Source of the DNA: Psilocybe cubensis
Lineage: Eukaryota
Length of the DNA stretch: 64,000 nt
Direction of reading: 5' to 3'
Assembly (NCBI GenBank): GCA_017499595.2
Contig: CM039002.1
Span: 2,170,001 to 2,234,000, forward strand
Within the stretch, counting starts at the first letter, position 1, and each line of letters starts with the position of its first letter. The notes below the pieces were generated by a model. The model saw only the letters and a list, made by a program, of their open reading frames with translations. It ran no database searches and had not been told where the DNA came from. Shown one piece after another: positions 59,045 through 64,000 of this stretch. The position numbers and the translations under genes were made by a program.

Positions 59045-62000
59045 CATAATAATTTAACTCGCTCCTTTCCAGTTTTATGACTTTTTCCCTTACGTCTCTC
59101 GGACTCGTCCCACCAGACGCCAATCTAACGAAACAATTCTGTATCGCTATTGCAACCAAAGACCCTCGGTCCTATCTTCGGCCATATACCTAGATATGTA
59201 CTAGCATCTTACTTTACATCCTTAACTTACATCGCCTTCTTCCGAGCGTAGTTTGGAAGAAAGCATGATTATTCAATTCCTTGTTGTGCTCATGGATTTA
59301 CGTTCTCCCACCTATTCAGCAGTCGAAGGTATTGTCTATCAAAACCTGGGGGGGCCGTGTGGCGTCGATAGGTCCATCGATCTATTATTCGCTCTCAAGG
59401 ACACGGCTACTTTCTCTTCGCGGTTCCTAGGTATACACGTGGATCAACGACCAGCCATCTAGCCGACGCTGGCCACCTCCATAAAATTATCTTTGCTGAA
59501 ATATCTGCGCAACATTACTCATTGGTGTTCCCCCTGTCTAGCTACAGATGCTATCTACCCGCGGCCAGATTTTGCCCGACGCAAGGCGTTACACAAATTG
59601 CTGACATGTACGAGACTGAGGGGAGATGCGGTCGGACGTCTGTGCGACCCTGTGTACACGAGCGTATGGTGGTGATCCTCACGACCGCCCATACCGTGCG
59701 GTCAGCAAGGGGCTTTAGCACAGCGGACTTTTGTTCGGCGCCCCGTGGCTGATCTGTATTGCATCCTCGACCCTCCGTAGTGTTTAATTAAACAAATGTG
59801 GACATATAGACGGTTACTTAAGGCGGATTTGCCTTATTTTTGAGCACAAAAATACACAATGGGACAGAATTCTGTGTTCTTTTATTACCGAGAAATTAAA
59901 GTTGTCAGGCCCAATCGAATCGCTTTGCAGACACCAATCACGAGTAACGGTCCATATCGTTTTTATCATTCCAAGCCCTTCCAAGCCACGTACTGGTTGA
60001 TGCTAATGGTAAATGACGCAGTTTCCAAGCAAGCTTTAAAGGAGTCGAAAACATTTGGACGCCGAAACAGGAGCAACAGATTGCACAGCACAACGCGGTC
60101 ATTCATGGAAATGTGCGATGGGAGAAATACCACAAAATTTGTGCGCATTTTGCGCTGATTCCGATTATTGTGTGAACGGCTGCCTTTGTGGTCTGAGAAG
60201 TGTCACATTCTCATTGACAGGTGACCGTTTGTGCAGAGCTTGGCCAGTGCATGCTTCAGGCGGCAGGCCTTTTCCTGTTTGTGGGATCGAGGAATTGATC
60301 ATTGGCACCCAACTCGGCCGAAGGCACCAACTCCCCCTAGTCTCATCCCCCAATAGCCCCGCAAGGAAGAAAGTCGCCAATAGCGCTTTATCGACCGCAC
60401 CATCAAAACGCAATCGGTAGGTGGCCAGGTATTATTGCCTCCCTTGTTCGCAACAGAGTTGGGCCTGGTTTATACCCCTGTCCTACCTCGTCTTTCCCCC
60501 TGTCACGGACGGCTGGAAAAACCCAACATGCATGCCCCCTACATCGCCTGGAACCCATCATACTCGCATCATTTTTGCGCATGAAAATGCCTATCGACGT
60601 CCGACAGATCCTGGCATGATTCTGGGGAGAAGTTTCTGCGCTTCCGGCTGGCTGGACAAGTTAACATACATGGGCGTTCTTGAATTCTTCATTTCTGGAA
60701 TCCCAGGAGGCACGGCAATGCGGCGAGATACCTGTACAGATGAGCTGGCAAGTGGGCAGCAAAATGGTCGAGATATACGCCGACAGCTTACCCAGTTTCA
60801 GCGGCCTACTACCGTAAGCAAAGGAGAGAGAAGGCCACCGACGGGAAGATTTTGCTGTGATCATAAGTTCAAGCGTCAATGTTATGCATCGCGAAGTTAC
60901 TTCTCACCTCACTCTCAACCCTCACTGTTTCATCTCGTATTTTACGATTGAAGCGGAAGTCTCTTGCCGAAGGTGTATCAACGGAAGATGTGGCATTACA
61001 GGATTTTTTGTGCCGGTGTGGCTTTCCTGGCGAAACTATGTAATATCTGTGCAACTAAAAATAAAAATAAAAAATAAGCGATTGCACTTTCACCTTTCGC
61101 GGATGACTCCAGACTCGGGTTTGGAGGCTGGCTGAGTTGGCTTATGCGCCGTCCTAAATTGCGGGGATTGATGATGATGATGGCCAGGAGTCAGGACATA
61201 AGTAGGATGTAAGCATTTCCTTTTTTTAGCACTTTATTGATCCCAATCTCATTGACGCCAGATTGACGCACATAAATGCGTATATGCGGTTTGGAAAACG
61301 GCGAATGGGATATTTATAAGATCGTGGTAAGGTAAGTATATGCCAGCAAATTGAAAGGAAGTTTTGCTAACGGCTCCAACGGTCGTAAGTGAACCCTTCG
61401 CGGCAACTCTGGAGCGGGACATTCCGACGGTGGAAACAGCCGTGAAGCTGAGCTACGCACGTTCATGTTGCTGGCAGAGCTGGGCGTCCACTTTGTCCAC
61501 TTTGTCGACTAGTTTTTCCTGGCTCCATTCTGCCAGAAACATTACAGCCTGTACAATTGAATACCGCAGTACAGCCAGGACTTTCTTCGGAATATCGGGA
61601 TGTTGTGGCGGCCGCATTCATTTTGACCCTGATGACGGAACAGAAAAAGACTGGAGCGCAAAAAGCAACATCAATCTCATAAGCTAAAGCTGTTCTGCTG
61701 ACCACGGACACAAAGGAAAAAACGGCGAGTATGGAGGATGACATAGTTCAAGTTGAAAACACGGACCTATACAAAATTAGAGTGTGCCACAGTTACGGCG
61801 GATCACCCTGGTGGGATGATTGCATGTTGATTGCAAGAGGAAACTGAGGCGCAAACAAGGTGTCAAGCTATTTTTAGCGCTGCCGAACCCACGAGCCAAT
61901 CAGCATCTTCGGCATTAATCACGTGGTATTGTATCGTGTCATGCAAAGTGGCTTCGCCCCTTGGTCGCGAACCTGAATCTTCTGTGTGCATCCAGTCCAA

Positions 62001-62220
62001 ACGCCTGTCTTTGTTTCCACCCCTTACATTTCTACTATATAATATAGATTTTTCTGTTTCTGTCAAACTGCCTCGCTCACATTCTTCACCGTCACCGCCT
62101 TCGTCCAAGCAGGCTACTGGGCGAAGCGACTCTAGTCGAAAGCATCAGCAAAATGGCCCTAGATTCCGGAGAAGGCAAGGGTCTGCCATCATAGAAGCGA
62201 GCGAAAAAGCGAAAGTGACG

Positions 62221-64000
62221 ATGGATTGGAGTACGAGTTACCATGCCGGGTCTTCAAGGTGCGTCCGAATCCCACACTGCCTTTAGCGCTAGCACCCTCT
62301 CCCTCCGAAGAGGGGCGCCTCGATGCTGATCTGTCTTCTCTTCTTGTGACGCACGCAGCTCGGGATCGCGGTGTAGCTCGGACGAGGAGACGGACGATGA
62401 CCTGCCATCTGATCTGCGCGGCCGCGATTTTTCAGAGAAGAGGTTGAGGAATGGGGATGCGGTGTCGAGGTTCCGCGGGCCCGTTGCGCTGGCGTCGGCT
62501 GCTGCAGGAGCGCGCAGGCCCAGTCCCCACGAGCAATCGTCCGGAGACTCGACAGCGACGACGTCGACGACGACCGTTAAACCTGCGTCTATCTCGAGGC
62601 GACGCACGTCGTTCACGCGCTCGCGCTCGCCTGCGGTGACGCGGGTGCCGTTCAATGCCAGCACGGCGGCGCACCACCACAGACACATTTCCCCAGCTGT
62701 CAACACCAGGCGCAGTGCCCGACAGAACGCGGTGCTCTTGGCCCCGCGATACCTGTTCCCTGCGCAGTGCCGCGTACAGCTGCGCATGCCGCTGACGTCC
62801 CTCGCGTGGACGTTTGCGATGGACACGCGCAAGCTGGCGGAGTCGGTGATTTTGCTTGCGTCGCTTTTGTATGCTGCGAGTCATATAGCGGGGTATACAC
62901 CGCCGAGTATACCGCCGTTTTCGTATCCTGAAGCGCATGTGTGGCTTGCACTCGGTGCGTATCTGAGTTCTCTTTCCCTCTGTGTATGTGTGTGCTTAAC
63001 AATTTTTTCATTCGCGTAGAACTGCGCATTCTGTCCGCTGTATCCTCACTATACATGCTCTGGGTCCACAGCACATTCACATTCACCTCTACCACCACCA
63101 ACACCACCCCAACCCCAACGACATCACTCAAAAGCCACACATCCGCACTGAGCGCCCCATCTGTCCCTCTACGCCCGGCGTCTCCGCGCCTTGGGGACGC
63201 GAGCCGCGGCGGCAGCGGGCGCCAGGCCGCCCCAACAAGTTACGACAAGAGCGACTTTGGATACGTATGGATGTCCGTCCCCAAAAATTACCGGTGAGTT
63301 CACCCTTTTCCTTTCCTCCCCCCAACTTGTTTCGGCCCGGCTGACTATATCATTTTTTTTTCGTATTCTTTGGTTTTCGTTATCTTTTCGGCGTCATCTA
63401 ACCATCACGCGTTGGAATCATTCGATGATGAATTGGTTAATTATATATGTACATAATGAATGAATGAATGGGTGGATGGACACGGTAATGTTATGCTTAT
63501 CGCAGAGATTGCCGCGATGACGGCATACTCACCGGTCTCCTCCTCGGACCTCTAATCGCTACATCCGTCGTCGCGTACACGCTCCTCCAATTCCACTCCG
63601 TCTCCGTCTCCCCATCCCTCTCCCCAACACAAACACAAACACAAACACCAATACCAACATCTATCCTCCCACAGGGCTGGCGCATCGAGCCCCCCTTATA
63701 CCTGCGCAACTCGCGCCTGCGCCTCGCGCCCGCGCAGGCGGCGTTGTTGTCGCGCTATGGACTCGTGGATCTGAGCACGTATTGTGCGGTTATTTTGTTG
63801 GTGCATGTGTGCGCGAGTTGGTGGGTTGAGGCGCGGGCTAGAGCTAGAGTTAGAGCTAGGGTCGCTGCCGGTGCTGGTACGGGTGTGGGGGCAAACGCGG
63901 GTGTTGGTGCGACGGGAAGAACAGGAGGAGGAGGAGGAGGAGGAGTGGGAGTGGTGGATGGAGAGCGCGCGTCGGTGCCGCGCAGTGAAGGTCTCCGCTC
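62221..64000 (+). CDS. Probable dolichol kinase (Sec59-like membrane protein), N-terminal part; runs off the window
   Basis: Multi-exon membrane protein with WMSVPKNYR | DCRDDGILTGLLLGPLIA and LLVHVCASWW, which I associate with basidiomycete dolichol kinase N-termini. The catalytic domain is not in the window. Confidence 0.55.

Noticed and set aside
59100-62200. ORFs such as 60421-60951 (176 aa) and 61831-62286
   Set aside because: Atypical composition, non-ATG starts and no family motifs.

Overview
Fungal genomic DNA, most likely from a mushroom-forming basidiomycete (short GT-AG introns, agaric-type gene families). The left ~36 kb is transposon-derived and the right ~28 kb is an ordinary host gene block. 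Left part: (1) the 3' end of a Ty3/Gypsy chromovirus in which I found no CpG, inserted in a decayed CSC1/OSCA channel gene; (2) a multi-gene Kyakuja-Dileera-Zisupton (KDZ) DNA transposon ('outer', roughly 7-35.8 kb, ends uncertain); (3) a second, apparently complete 15,611-bp KDZ element ('inner', 17915-33525) with 318-bp terminal inverted repeats and a 7-bp target-site duplication CCGCAAT. The inner element splits a gene of the outer one, and that gene rejoins in frame when the insert is removed. The two diverged elements share a five-gene order: small helical gene, Zn2Cys6-like protein, homeo/HMG-like protein, CxC2-KDZ transposase, acidic CxxC protein. The inner one also carries an intact TET/JBP dioxygenase. 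Each element has many copies of its own CpG motif (outer TCCGAC/CCGAC; inner ACGGCGGA/TCCGCCGT) in introns, tandem repeats and a perfect 41-bp hairpin, including in the same orthologous intron. My hypothesis is an element-specific, sequence-addressed anti-silencing system. Right part: two tandem A1 aspartic peptidases, a crotonase-family enzyme, a complex I NDUFB10-like subunit, a ThuA-like protein, a type I DnaJ, RCM1/NSUN5, MSL5/SF1, a bZIP factor and a probable dolichol kinase that runs off the window. All calls are by eye with no database searches; exon boundaries are manual.
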